Positions 26,955 through 35,300 of a DNA stretch of 64,000 bases are shown in pieces. The DNA is taken from positions 288,001-352,000 of the forward strand of contig CAXXWS020000003.1 in NCBI GenBank assembly GCA_963665325.3, in the 5' to 3' direction. The position numbers and the translations under genes are program-made. Origin of the DNA: Alphaproteobacteria bacterium (lineage in GTDB: Bacteria > Pseudomonadota > Alphaproteobacteria > Bin95). Below the pieces are notes generated by a model. It did no database searches. It had not been told where the DNA came from and saw only the letters and a program-made list of their open reading frames with translations. Position 1 is the stretch's first letter, and each line of letters begins with the position of its first letter.

Positions 26955-27794
26955 TCAATGCGACATCAGCACGGGCACGGTCGTGTCGCGCAGCAGCGAT
27001 TCCGTCACGCCGCCGAAGGCCCATTCGCGCATTCTGGAATGCCCCCAGGCGCCGCTGACGATGAGGTCGATGCCGCGGTCGCCCACATGCGCCAGCACGA
27101 TGTCGGAGACCGATATTCCGTCGGCGACCGTGTTCGCGGCCTCGGCATTCACGCCATGGCGGGCAAGGTGCAATGCGATGTTGGCGCTCGGGATTTCGCC
27201 GTGGTCGCCGCCGGATCCCCGGTGCGGATTGACCGACAGCACGACCACCTTTTCCGCCCGGCGCAGCAGCGGCATGGCGTCGTTGACCGCCCTGGTCGCC
27301 TCGCGGCTCGCGTTCCAGCACACCAGCACATCCCGGCCCACCGGGTCGAAACGGCCGGAGTTCGGCACGACGAGGACGGGCCTGCCGCAGCTCATGGTCA
27401 GGTCTGCCGCCAGGTCCGGATAGGGGTAGAGGTCGGGCTCGGCCGCGCTGCCCTTGCCGACCACAACGAGGTCCGCATAGCGCGCATGCATCGCGGTAAC
27501 CCGGCCGACGGGCCCGGCCGCCATGCGCCATTCGGCATGCACTCCGGCCCTGTCCGCGATCTCCTGGAAGCGCTGGCGGGCGGCATCGCCCTCCCCGCGC
27601 ACTCTCTCTACCGCGGCTTCCAGCGCGCCGACCGGCATGCCTGCGGCCATCCAGGTCGGAATCGGCTGGTCGGGGGTAACGAAAACCCCGGTCAGATGGC
27701 CATCGTCCGGCCGGGCGAGTTCGGCGGCGATGCGGATGCGTTCGCCCGCGCGCTCGCTGCCATCCACATGCACGAGAATGTTCCTGAGTTCCAT
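26955..27794 (-). CDS. Universal stress protein (tandem USP domains)
   Basis: ILVHVDGS, ARYADLVVVG, GRPVLVVP, WNASREATRA, GAWGHSR...FGGVT. Confidence 0.92.
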   Translation of the reverse strand: MELRNILVHVDGSERAGERIRIAAELARPDDGHLTGVFVTPDQPIPTWMAAGMPVGALEAAVERVRGEGDAARQRFQEIADRAGVHAEWRMAAGPVGRVTAMHARYADLVVVGKGSAAEPDLYPYPDLAADLTMSCGRPVLVVPNSGRFDPVGRDVLVCWNASREATRAVNDAMPLLRRAEKVVVLSVNPHRGSGGDHGEIPSANIALHLARHGVNAEAANTVADGISVSDIVLAHVGDRGIDLIVSGAWGHSRMREWAFGGVTESLLRDTTVPVLMSH

Positions 27795-27865
27795 CGCACC
27801 CCCTCCGGTTGCGAGCGGCAGCGACCGCTCCCTTCACCTCGATATGGTATGCCGGAGCGGCGTTT

Positions 27866-29002
27866 TTAAGCGCCGGGTATATCCCGCAGCATGGCGCGGG
27901 CGATCTGCTGCTGCTGGATCTGCGAGGTGCCTTCGAAGATGCGGAACAGCCGCGTGTCGCGGTAGAGGCGGGCGACGGCGTTCCCGGCCATATAGCCCTG
28001 CCCGCCGAGGATCTGGACCGCCTTGTCGGCGACCCGGCTCACCATTTCGGAGGCGAAATACTTGGCGCAGGCAATGTCCGCAAAGGGCAGCGGGCGCTGT
28101 TCGAACCGCCGGGCGCAGTCCAGCACCATCGCCTCGGCCGCATAGGTGTCGGCGCGCATGTCGGCGAGCATCGCCTGCACGAGCTGGTGCTCGCTGATGG
28201 CCTTGCCGAACTGGCGGCGCTCACGGGCATAGCGCACCGCCTCGACGACCAGCCGCTTCGCCTGCCCGACGCAGGTGGCGGCGACATGGGTGCGCGCATG
28301 GTTGATGCCGCGCAGCGCCGCCTTGAGCCCGAGCCCCTCCTGCCCCCCGACCAGCGCGTCCCCGGGCACCCGGCAGTCCTCCAGATAGACCTCCGAGACC
28401 CTGGACCCGCGGTGCCCCATCATCTCGACGGGCTCGCCCGCGCGAATGCCCGGCGTGCCGGCATCGACGGCGAAGGCCGAGACGCCGCCGGCGCCCGGCC
28501 CGCCCGTGCGCGCCATGACCAGGAACATGTCGGCGTCCGCCGCGTTGGTGATGTAGCGCTTGGTGCCGTTCAGCACATAGTCCGCGCCGTCGCGCACGGC
28601 CGTCGTCGCGAGGTTCGCCGCGTCGGAGCCGTAGTCGGGCTCGGTCAGCGAGAAGGCGCCGGTGCAGCGGCCTTCCGCCATGGCGGGCAGGTATTTCAGC
28701 TTCTGCGCCTCCGTGGCGAAGTCGAGGAGCGCCTGGCTGCAGAGCCCGATCGTGGTCGAGAAGCGCGCGCGGAACACGGCCGAGGCCCGGGTGAAGGCGA
28801 AGGTGAGCCGCACCTGCTGCTCCTGGCTGAGGCCGAGCCCTCCGTATTCCTCCGGGATCGAGATGGCGAAGAGGCGCATCTCGCAAATCCGCCGCACAAG
28901 GTCCTCGGGCACATGGCCCAGCTCTTCCACGCGTTCCTCGCTGGGAATCAGCTCCTCGCGCGTGAACGCCTCGACCTGGGCCAGATAAGCCTCGAAATCC
29001 AT
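27866..29002 (-). CDS. Acyl-CoA dehydrogenase family protein
   Basis: IPEEYGG, FSLTEPDYGSD, LNGTKRYITN, RRQFGK, GGQGY, RIFEGTSQIQ. Confidence 0.94.
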   Translation of the reverse strand: MDFEAYLAQVEAFTREELIPSEERVEELGHVPEDLVRRICEMRLFAISIPEEYGGLGLSQEQQVRLTFAFTRASAVFRARFSTTIGLCSQALLDFATEAQKLKYLPAMAEGRCTGAFSLTEPDYGSDAANLATTAVRDGADYVLNGTKRYITNAADADMFLVMARTGGPGAGGVSAFAVDAGTPGIRAGEPVEMMGHRGSRVSEVYLEDCRVPGDALVGGQEGLGLKAALRGINHARTHVAATCVGQAKRLVVEAVRYARERRQFGKAISEHQLVQAMLADMRADTYAAEAMVLDCARRFEQRPLPFADIACAKYFASEMVSRVADKAVQILGGQGYMAGNAVARLYRDTRLFRIFEGTSQIQQQQIARAMLRDIPGA

Positions 29003-29112
29003 GCCGTTACCCAAAGTCGTCGCCCCCCGCACACCCCGGAAGGCGTCATGATATGTCATGTTTTGTCATGAGGCCCGCCGGAAATGTCATGTTTGGAGAT
29101 TACAAAGATGAC

Positions 29113-29141
29113 TTGGCATTTTCTACCGGACTCCCTATATT
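29113..29141 (+). promoter_or_regulatory. Transposase promoter TTGGCA-N17-TATATT overlapping the left IR
   Basis: Hexamers and 17-bp spacer read directly, 27 bp upstream of the transposase ATG. Confidence 0.6.
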
Positions 29142-29167
29142 CCAAGGTGTTGAAGGGGAGAGCAGTC

Positions 29168-30145
29168 ATGGCGAAGAGCGCACCCGGAAAGGCCCACCGC
29201 GAAGGACTCACCATCGTCGAGTTGATGGATATGTTCCCGACCGAGGAAGCCGCGTCGGACTGGTTCGAGTCGGTGATTTGGCCGGACGGTCGGCACTGTC
29301 CGAAATGCGGTTGTGCGGAGACGCGCGAGGTTCCGAACGCGAAACCGATGCCTTACTGGTGCAAGGACTGTCGATCTTACTTCTCGGTGAAGACCGGAAC
29401 CGCCATGCAGCGGTCGAAAATCCCGCTCCGCAAGTGGGCAATCGCCATCTATCTCTGCCTTACTTCGCTCAAGTCGGTTTCGTCGATGAAGCTGCAACGC
29501 GACATCGGAGTTTCGCAGCCGACCGCATGGTTCATGCTTCACCGCATCCGGCAGGCATGGGCGGTTGACGACGACGACCAGTTTGACGGCCCTGTAGAGG
29601 TCGATGAGAGTTACTTCGGCGGTCGCCAAGCGAACATGCCGAAGGCAAAGCGCAAGACGCTCGCGGGCGGTGGCACGGCCCATATGACGGCAGTTAGCGG
29701 CGCGAAGGATCGCGACAGCAACGAAGTCCGGGCGGAAGTCATAACCGATACGACCAAGCCGACCTTGCAGGGTATTGTGCGCGAGCATGTCGAGCCCGGC
29801 GCGGCCGTCTATACCGACGAGCACCGCAGCTATGTCGGACTCGATGCGGATTTTGACCATGGAACGGTCAATCATCGCGTTGGCGAGTATGTGGACGGCA
29901 TGATCCACACCAACGGCATGGTGAGCTTCTGGGCCATGCTCAAGCGGGCACACAAGGGCACCTTCCACAAGATCAGCCCGAAACATCTTGAGCGTTATGT
30001 CGATGACTTTGCGGGCAAGCATAATCACTGCGAATCAGGCACCCTTGCCCAAATGCGGGATACCGTCGCCCGGCTCGTCGGCCGCCGGCTTCTCTACCGC
30101 GACCTTATCGCGGACAACGGGCTTTCGTCGGGTTCCGGGGCGTAG
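29168..30145 (+). CDS. IS1595 family transposase (third catalytic residue apparently Glu>Val)
   Basis: Zn ribbon CPKC...CKDC, SKIPLRKW, HTH TAWFMLHRIR, VEVDESYFGG, YTDE, HTNGMVSFWAMLKR. Confidence 0.95.
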   Translation: MAKSAPGKAHREGLTIVELMDMFPTEEAASDWFESVIWPDGRHCPKCGCAETREVPNAKPMPYWCKDCRSYFSVKTGTAMQRSKIPLRKWAIAIYLCLTSLKSVSSMKLQRDIGVSQPTAWFMLHRIRQAWAVDDDDQFDGPVEVDESYFGGRQANMPKAKRKTLAGGGTAHMTAVSGAKDRDSNEVRAEVITDTTKPTLQGIVREHVEPGAAVYTDEHRSYVGLDADFDHGTVNHRVGEYVDGMIHTNGMVSFWAMLKRAHKGTFHKISPKHLERYVDDFAGKHNHCESGTLAQMRDTVARLVGRRLLYRDLIADNGLSSGSGA

Positions 30146-30241
30146 CGGCTCCGTCCTACGAAATAGCGCCTTCGCCAGCGTCTCCGGCGTAGCGCCCACC
30201 AAGTCGCGGACCGGGTCCAGTATCGGAACACCTTTCGTCAT
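30035..30241 (-). CDS. Small hypothetical protein (68 aa) convergently overlapping the transposase 3' end
   Basis: GGAGG six nt before the ATG. Reads MTKGVPILDPVRDLVGATPETLAKALFRR. Confidence 0.55.
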   Translation of the reverse strand: MTKGVPILDPVRDLVGATPETLAKALFRRTEPLRPGTRRKPVVRDKVAVEKPAADEPGDGIPHLGKGA

Positions 30242-30462
30242 TTTCAGCCTCCGTTGACTCTCTGCGTTGATTCGGACGACCATCCTTCTTTCACCAATTC
30301 AAGCGCCCCGCTCTGTCGGGTCGCCTGCTGAATACAACAGCCTGACCCGGCAAGGGGGTTGCTCCCCGCGCTTGGCGAATAGGCGGGACTCTCCATTCGC
30401 TTGGATTGGTGCAACGGCCCGACGCCAGCCGGCGGCCGGGAACGAGCGGAAGGGCGATCCCG

Positions 30463-30948
30463 ATGAAGAAGCTCGTTGCGGCCTGCGCCGCAGCCATCAC
30501 CATTTATTCGGCACAGGGCCAAGCCCAGACGATCTCCAAGGACGAATATCGGGACAAGGTCCTCGTCCTGTTCGAGGAGTTCCTGCAAATGAAGACGGAT
30601 GGCGTCTTCCTGGACCAAGCGACGATCAAGGCGCTCGGACGAAACTTCAAATTCCCGAACGCCATCCGAGGCAACAATCCCCCCGGCGGGTGGTTTGCCC
30701 GCCCACCTGGTAGCGATTGGGTCAAGCGCGTCGAGGCCCTCGATGACACCGGTCACAAGTTCGTTTGCTTCGACATTCCGGCGCTGCCCAGCGAGTCGGG
30801 GGTCTGCGGTTTCGACTTGGTGTCGCTCCACACCGGTATTCTCGATCAAGGAGCGGTCAGCTTTCTCGATGCGCTTGCAGCGAAGTTCTGGCTCGCCACC
30901 ATCTGCCACCGGACCCCGGCAGCGTGCGAGCGTTACATCGACGACTAA
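30463..30948 (+). CDS. Hypothetical secreted protein (IS passenger)
   Basis: Signal peptide MKKLVAACAAAITIYSAQGQA. Four Cys in the mature part. Confidence 0.7.
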   Translation: MKKLVAACAAAITIYSAQGQAQTISKDEYRDKVLVLFEEFLQMKTDGVFLDQATIKALGRNFKFPNAIRGNNPPGGWFARPPGSDWVKRVEALDDTGHKFVCFDIPALPSESGVCGFDLVSLHTGILDQGAVSFLDALAAKFWLATICHRTPAACERYIDD

Positions 30949-31004
30949 CGCGCCGACATGTTCACCAAGCTCAATGCGGCCATCGACTGCGTGGACAAGC
31001 AGCA

Positions 31005-31487
31005 TTAGCTGCTACCCGAGCGGAGGAAGGGCGGGAGTTCTCGGCCCGCCGCCTTCGCGTATTGGACCAAGGCGGCCTTGGTGAATTGATCGTTCGCCGG
31101 GTCGGCGCCGAGCAAGAACAGCATTGCGTGGTAGGGATCACCGCTCCGGTGTTCCAGCTTCCGCTGCTTTACCGCCAGCCGTAGACGGGCCAACTCTTCC
31201 TGCACGACCGGCCGTTGCAACGAGGACTCGGTTGGCGGCAGGCCATGCCACATGCAGGCGGCGTATTTGAGCGGTAGAACATTGAATTCCTGCCAGTCCA
31301 TCGTGGCAGCCGACTGCCGTTTCCCTGAACGCAATTTGAGCCACGTCGCCCGTATTTCGTCTCGATAGACGTACGGCAGGGCTATGCCACTGATTACGGT
31401 GACGGCGACCCAAGCCCAGAGCGGAAACAGGGCAACACTCACGGATTCTGCTCCGAGAATGAAGACTGCTGGAAGCCACCGGCGCAT
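31005..31487 (-). CDS. Hypothetical membrane protein (IS passenger)
   Basis: Two N-terminal hydrophobic segments followed by a soluble domain. Starts 33 bp inside the right IR. Confidence 0.6.
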   Translation of the reverse strand: MRRWLPAVFILGAESVSVALFPLWAWVAVTVISGIALPYVYRDEIRATWLKLRSGKRQSAATMDWQEFNVLPLKYAACMWHGLPPTESSLQRPVVQEELARLRLAVKQRKLEHRSGDPYHAMLFLLGADPANDQFTKAALVQYAKAAGRELPPFLRSGSS

Positions 31488-31694
31488 CCCGTAACGCTGT
31501 CCGGATTCACGCCGTGCGTCAAGTCATCTTTGTAATCCCCTCATGTTTTGTCATGGTCCGCCGCGCCTCCCGTCCCGCCGCTGCCCGTCCGTATCCCGCA
31601 TGCCGTTCCTCCATCCTGTTTCGCTCCACTCCGTTCCCGCCGCCGCGCCGAACATTGCAGATGGCGGCGTTGACGCCGCCGCCGGCCCCTCCGT

Positions 31695-31890
31695 GCGGCG
31701 GACCCTGTTTCGCGCGTATCGCGCGCGGCCGGGCGCGCCCGTTAGCGCCGGCGCGGTTCGCGCGCCTGATTGCCCGCATGCGCCCGCACGCGCGAGACGG
31801 GCGCAGGGCGCACCCCTCCCCCTTGCTCCCTCGGGGCCTTTTCTCGCACCATCGCAACTCGAAGCGGCCTCCGGACAACCGCCTCCTCCC
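31695..31890 (-). ncRNA. Candidate structured RNA/leader, copy 2
   Basis: Minus strand: GAGGCGGTT/GTCCGGA loop/GGCCGCTTC; GTGCGCCCTG...CAGGCGCGC; GCGCT-AACG-GGCGC; CGCGC-GATAC-GCGCG. Confidence 0.45.
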
Positions 31891-31894
31891 ACTC

Positions 31895-31923
31895 CATCTA
31901 AGGCGCGGTGATGCAGATTTCAA
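31895..31923 (-). promoter_or_regulatory. Sigma70-like promoter TTGAAA-N17-TAGATG
   Basis: Read directly, immediately upstream of the first conserved hairpin. Confidence 0.45.
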
Positions 31924-32010
31924 CTCTTTTCTAGGAATTAAGACAAATTAACACGAACAAACCATAATATCCAACCACGGCCGAGCGGCCGTTGAACCCG
32001 TCTCGCCCTC

Positions 32011-32466
32011 CTACCCCGTCCCCGTAGAGCCGAAGCCGCCCTCTCCCCGCTCCGTTGCGTCCAGTTCGGCGCATTCCCGCCAGGCGACGCGGGGGAGGGG
32101 CATGAGGACGAGCTGGGCGATCTTCATGCCGCGTTCGATGCGGACGGGCTCGCTGCCGGCGTTCATCACGATGACCTGCAGCTCGCCGCGATAGTCGGAA
32201 TCGATGGTGCCGGGGCTGTTCGGCAGCATCAGCCCATGGCGGAGCGCGAGGCCGGAGCGGGGCCGTATCTGCGCCTCAAAGCCCTCCGGCACGGCGAGGC
32301 GCAGCCCCGTCGGCACGAGCGCGCGGGCGCCGGGCGCAAGCTCCATCGGCTCGTCCCCGGCAATAGCGGCCGCGATGTCGAGGCCGGCGCTGCCTGCTGT
32401 GGCGTATTCCGGCAGGCCCGGCGCATGGGGCAGACGCTGGATGCGGACCTCGACCGCCTCCGTCAT
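32011..32466 (-). CDS. dut: dUTP diphosphatase
   Basis: SAGLD, QIRPRSGLA, NSPGTIDSDYRGE, IAQL, RGEGGFGSTG. Confidence 0.97.
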   Translation of the reverse strand: MTEAVEVRIQRLPHAPGLPEYATAGSAGLDIAAAIAGDEPMELAPGARALVPTGLRLAVPEGFEAQIRPRSGLALRHGLMLPNSPGTIDSDYRGELQVIVMNAGSEPVRIERGMKIAQLVLMPLPRVAWRECAELDATERGEGGFGSTGTG

Positions 32467-33698
32467 ACGGCGGCGAAACGCCCGGCGATGCGCAGCGCGA
32501 GCCGTTCCGCCACCTCCGCCTTGCCGGCCGTCGGCCAGTGCTCCACGCCATCCTCCTCGTCGATGAGGTGGATCGTGTTGCGGTCGCCGCCGAAGGTGCC
32601 CGTGCCGGGCGACACATCGTTGGCGAGTATCCAGTCGCAGCCCTTGCGCCGGCGTTTCTCGCGGGCGTAGGCGACGACATTCCCGGTCTCGGCCGCGAAG
32701 CCCACCACCAGCGGCGGCCGGCGGTTCTCCAGATTGGCGAGCCGGTGGAGGATGTCGGGGTTCTCGGCGAGCTCGAGCGCGGGCAGTCCGCCATTCTCTT
32801 TCTTCAGCTTCTCGCCCGCGGCCTCTCGCACCCGCCAGTCCGCGACCGCAGCGGCGCAGACCGCGATGTCGGCCGGCAGCGCCGCCATGCAAGCGTCCAG
32901 CATCTCCCGCGCCGTCTCGATCCGGCACATGCCCACATTCGCGGGGTCCGGCTCGTGCGTCGGGCCGGTCACAAGCGTTACCTCCGCGCCGTGGCGGGCG
33001 AGCGCCGCCGCGACCGCATGGCCCTGCTTGCCGGAGGAGCGGTTGGCGATATAGCGCACCGGGTCGATCGGCTCCCAGGTGGGGCCGCTGGTGACGACGG
33101 CGCGCTTGCCGGCGAGCGCGCCTGAGGCGCGGCCGGCAAACGCGCCTGAGGCGCGGCCGGCGAGCACATTCTCTATCGCGACGACTATCTCTTCCGGTTC
33201 GGCCATGCGCCCGGAGCCCGTCTCGCCGCAGGCGAGGTCGCCCGCGCCCGGCCCGACGCGCAGCACGCCGCGCCGCTCCAGCAGCGCCAGATTCGCCTGC
33301 GTCGCGGCATGGCCCCACATCTCGACATTCATGGCGGGCGCGATGAGCACCGGCTTGTCGGTCGCCAGCAGCGCCGTGGAGGCGAGGTCGTCGGCGAGCC
33401 CGGCCGCCATCTTCGCCATCAGGTCGGCAGTGGCCGGCGCGACGACCACAAGGTCCGCTTCCCGCGAGAGGCGGATATGGCCCATCTCGCTCTCGTCGGT
33501 CAGCGAGAACAGGTCCCGGTAAACCTTGTCCTCGGTCAGCGCCGCCAGCGAAAGCGGGGTGACGAACTCCGCCCCGCCCGCCGTCAGCACCGAGCGCACC
33601 GCCACGCCCCGCTCGCGCAGCCGGCGCACCAGGATGAGGCTCTTGTAGGCGGCGACGCCGCCCGCGACGATCAGCAGAATGCGTTTGCCGTCCAGCAT
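32463..33698 (-). CDS. coaBC: Phosphopantothenoylcysteine decarboxylase/ligase
   Basis: GGVAAYK, HIRL, APATAD, PAMN, LACGETGSGRM, IDPVRYIANRSSGKQG, GFAAET. Confidence 0.97.
   Translation of the reverse strand: MLDGKRILLIVAGGVAAYKSLILVRRLRERGVAVRSVLTAGGAEFVTPLSLAALTEDKVYRDLFSLTDESEMGHIRLSREADLVVVAPATADLMAKMAAGLADDLASTALLATDKPVLIAPAMNVEMWGHAATQANLALLERRGVLRVGPGAGDLACGETGSGRMAEPEEIVVAIENVLAGRASGAFAGRASGALAGKRAVVTSGPTWEPIDPVRYIANRSSGKQGHAVAAALARHGAEVTLVTGPTHEPDPANVGMCRIETAREMLDACMAALPADIAVCAAAVADWRVREAAGEKLKKENGGLPALELAENPDILHRLANLENRRPPLVVGFAAETGNVVAYAREKRRRKGCDWILANDVSPGTGTFGGDRNTIHLIDEEDGVEHWPTAGKAEVAERLALRIAGRFAAV
33108..33165. repeat. 24-bp in-frame tandem duplication in the CoaBC interdomain linker
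   Basis: CGCGCCTGAGGCGCGGCCGGC at 33117 and 33141. Encodes AGRASGAF-AGRASGAL. Confidence 0.85.
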
Positions 33699-33790
33699 GG
33701 AACGGCAATCTAGTGCGGTTGAGACCGGGGGGAAAGCACTCGCGGCGCCGACGCCGTCACATCCCGGTTCGCCGCGTTCCGCGCGGCGGC

Positions 33791-35299
33791 TCAACCGAAG
33801 ACGAGCGCCGCCAGCAGGATCAGCAGCGCCAGGCCGCCCAGAAGGCCCTGAATCTGCACCGGAATGCCGCGCCTCTTCGTGGACTCGCTCTCCGCGATGC
33901 GCTCCAGCGCCCGGTCGATATGGTCCAGGGTGACGAACAGCCGGTCGAAGCGGCCGCGCAATTCCACCGCGGCGCGCTGCGCGCGCAGGACGGGATTGAC
34001 CCGGTCGAGCATCCATTCCTCGATCAGCGGGCGCGCCATCTCCCAGATATTTACATTCGGGTTCAGCCGCCGGCCCATGCCTTCGGCCATCAGCATGGTC
34101 TTCTGGAGCAGCAGCAATTGCGGCTGCGTCTCCATGTTGAACTGCGCCGTGACCTGGAAGAGCTGACGCATCAGACGGGCGACGGAAATCTCGTTCAGCG
34201 GCCGTTCGAGGATCGGCTCGCCGATGGACCGGGCGGCCTGGGCGAACAGGGCTTCGGACTGGTCGGCCGGGACGTAGCCGGCGCGGAAATGCACCGCCGA
34301 CACCCGCCTGTAGTCGCGCGAGAGGAAGCCCAGCAGCATTTCCGCCAGATATTCCCGCGTCGGACGGTCCAGCCTTCCCATAATGCCGAAATCGACCGGT
34401 ACGATGGCCCCGTCGGGCGCGACGAAGATATTGCCGGCGTGCATGTCCGCGTGGAAGAAGCCGTCCCGGAAGACCTGCTTGAAGAAGACTTCGGCGGCGA
34501 TCGCCATGATGGCGTCCGGGTCGTGCCCGGCGGCCCGGAGCGCATCCACTTCATCGACCGGCAAGCCCTCCACCCGCTCCAGCGTCAACACGCGCCGGGA
34601 GGTGCGCCGCCAGTCGACCGAAGGCACGCGGAAATGCTCCTCGTCCTCGAAGTTCGCCGCAAGCTCGACCGCGGCAGCGGCCTCCAGCCGGAGGTCCATT
34701 TCGATACGCACGCTCGCCGCGAAGGTCTGCACCACGTCGACGGGGTGCAGGCGCCTTGCGAAGGGTGCGAGGCGCTCCAGCCAGCGCGCGACCCAGAGGA
34801 ACAGGCGCAGGTCCCTGGCGATAGCCTGCTCGATTCCCGGACGCAGTATCTTGACGGCGACGGAAGCGCCCTCCGGCGTTCGGGCGAGATGGACCTGCGC
34901 TATCGATGCGGCGGCAACGGACTCGATCTCGAAATCCGAGAACAGCTCGCCGAGCGGCATCTCGAATTCCTCCTCGATGCGCTTGCGCATGGTCTCGAAG
35001 GGCAGCGCCGGAAGATGGTCCTGCAGGTCCGCCAGGTCGTCCGCCACCTCCTCGCCCAGCAGGTCGGCGCGGGTCGAGAGCGCCTGGCCGAATTTGACGA
35101 AGGTCGGTCCGAGCGCCTGCAGGGCGGCGGTGAGCCGCTCGCCCCGCCGGCGATCCGGCCGCCGCCGGCTGACGAGGCGCGCGAGCATGGCCGGGGTTTC
35201 CAGCCCGGGCGCGAGCTCCAGCGGCCAGAGCGCGTCATGGCGGGCCAGCGTCCAGCCGATGCGTCCGAGACGCAGGACGTGGCGCGCGAAATCCAGCAC
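33791..35299 (-). CDS. ubiB: Ubiquinone biosynthesis ABC1 kinase-like protein
   Basis: LGPTFVKFGQALSTRAD, AAASIAQVH, VAVKILRP, GFFHADMHAGN, DFGIMG, LLLLQKT. Confidence 0.96.
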   Translation of the reverse strand: MLDFARHVLRLGRIGWTLARHDALWPLELAPGLETPAMLARLVSRRRPDRRRGERLTAALQALGPTFVKFGQALSTRADLLGEEVADDLADLQDHLPALPFETMRKRIEEEFEMPLGELFSDFEIESVAAASIAQVHLARTPEGASVAVKILRPGIEQAIARDLRLFLWVARWLERLAPFARRLHPVDVVQTFAASVRIEMDLRLEAAAAVELAANFEDEEHFRVPSVDWRRTSRRVLTLERVEGLPVDEVDALRAAGHDPDAIMAIAAEVFFKQVFRDGFFHADMHAGNIFVAPDGAIVPVDFGIMGRLDRPTREYLAEMLLGFLSRDYRRVSAVHFRAGYVPADQSEALFAQAARSIGEPILERPLNEISVARLMRQLFQVTAQFNMETQPQLLLLQKTMLMAEGMGRRLNPNVNIWEMARPLIEEWMLDRVNPVLRAQRAAVELRGRFDRLFVTLDHIDRALERIAESESTKRRGIPVQIQGLLGGLALLILLAALVFG

Positions 35300-35300
35300 G

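Larger units (their letters stand above)
29095..31540 (+). mobile_element. IS1595-family element with passenger genes (2446 bp)
   Basis: IRL GGAGATTACAAAGATGACTTG (29095-29115) and IRR CAAGTCATCTTTGTAATCCCC (31520-31540) match at 20/21. Perfect 8-bp duplication TCATGTTT at 29087-29094 and 31541-31548. Confidence 0.95.
29027..31970 (-). repeat. Dispersed repeat element, copy 2, interrupted by the IS1595-family element
   Basis: GTCATG units at 29045, 29055, 29065, 29086 and 31550. Conserved leader blocks at 31745-31820. AT-rich promoter at 31895-31970. Confidence 0.7.

Noticed and set aside
29045-29094. CRISPR array or iteron origin at the GTCATG repeats
   Set aside because: Units are only 6-10 bp with no spacers, and no cas or rep gene is present.
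30283-30420. Possible ncRNA in the IS non-coding segment
   Set aside because: Only weak local pairing and no second copy for comparison.
31514-31951. ORF-track proteins over repeat copy 2
   Set aside because: Several overlapping low-complexity frames; conservation with copy 1 is at the nucleotide and structure level and includes indels.
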